Origin: Desulfuromonadales bacterium GWC2_61_20
GTDB taxonomy: Bacteria > Desulfobacterota > Desulfuromonadia > Desulfuromonadales > UBA2197
Direction of reading: 5' to 3'
Assembly: GCA_001799485.1 (NCBI GenBank)
Contig: MGTO01000124.1
Span: forward strand, 1-46,799
DNA: 46,799 nt
Shown here: in pieces, positions 46,739 through 46,799 of the stretch
Numbering within the stretch: the stretch's first letter is position 1
How the letters are laid out: each line of letters opens with the position of its first letter
The notes under the pieces: model-generated
Databases searched by the model: none
What the model was told of the DNA's origin: nothing
Seen by the model: the letters and a program-made list of their open reading frames with translations, nothing else
Translations under genes and position numbers: made by a program

Positions 46739-46799
46739 TATGCAGACTATAAAGCAGAATCTGGTTATCCACTCCGCTCAAGTTGACACCGGGGACAGC

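Noticed and set aside
46765-46773. DnaA-box-like TTATCCACT
   Set aside because: A single box with one mismatch at the window edge, with no cluster and no dnaA-region genes.
1-46799. CRISPR arrays, tRNA/rRNA, transposases, integrases or prophage genes
   Set aside because: No regularly spaced direct repeats, cloverleaf or rRNA motifs, or mobile-element proteins were seen. Nearly all sequence is accounted for by housekeeping CDSs.

Overview
GC-rich bacterial chromosome segment. Gene content and order suggest Desulfuromonadales (Desulfuromonas/Geobacter-like); this is an inference. Left part (1-10.1 kb): a metal/stress/envelope neighbourhood with a Cys-rich metallothionein-like lipoprotein, PsiE, a DPS-like ferritin, an unannotated 59-aa basic His-rich ORF, a PilZ protein, an L,D-transpeptidase, corA, a small 8-ligand Zn-finger protein, a lipoprotein, a beta-hydroxyacid dehydrogenase and a radical SAM enzyme. 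Middle (10.4-27.6 kb, minus strand): the dcw cluster mraZ-rsmH-ftsL-ftsI-murE-murF-mraY-murD-ftsW-murG-murC-ddl-ftsQ-ftsA-ftsZ, without murB. Right part: HAD hydrolase, GDPD, rhodanese, glpX, a cytidylate-kinase-like/BON fusion, yebC-ruvCAB, a membrane diguanylate cyclase plus lipoprotein, a 776-aa unknown, queH, a phasin-like gene, ubiB/aarF, lpxC and an ntrY/ntrX-like pair. No rRNA, tRNA, CRISPR array or transposase was seen. Best novel candidates: (1) a structured ftsZ 3' UTR RNA complementary to the ftsZ 5' UTR and Shine-Dalgarno, with a 15-nt perfect match, kissing loops and two anti-SD elements; (2) a QseE/GlrK-like sensor plus QseG-like lipoprotein apparently rewired to a GGDEF output; (3) a catalytically dead Type IIG restriction-modification-like protein; (4) an exported triple-repeat metallothionein-like lipoprotein; (5) a sigma54/enhancer-controlled lpxC next to NtrYX. 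All calls were made by eye, with no database searches.
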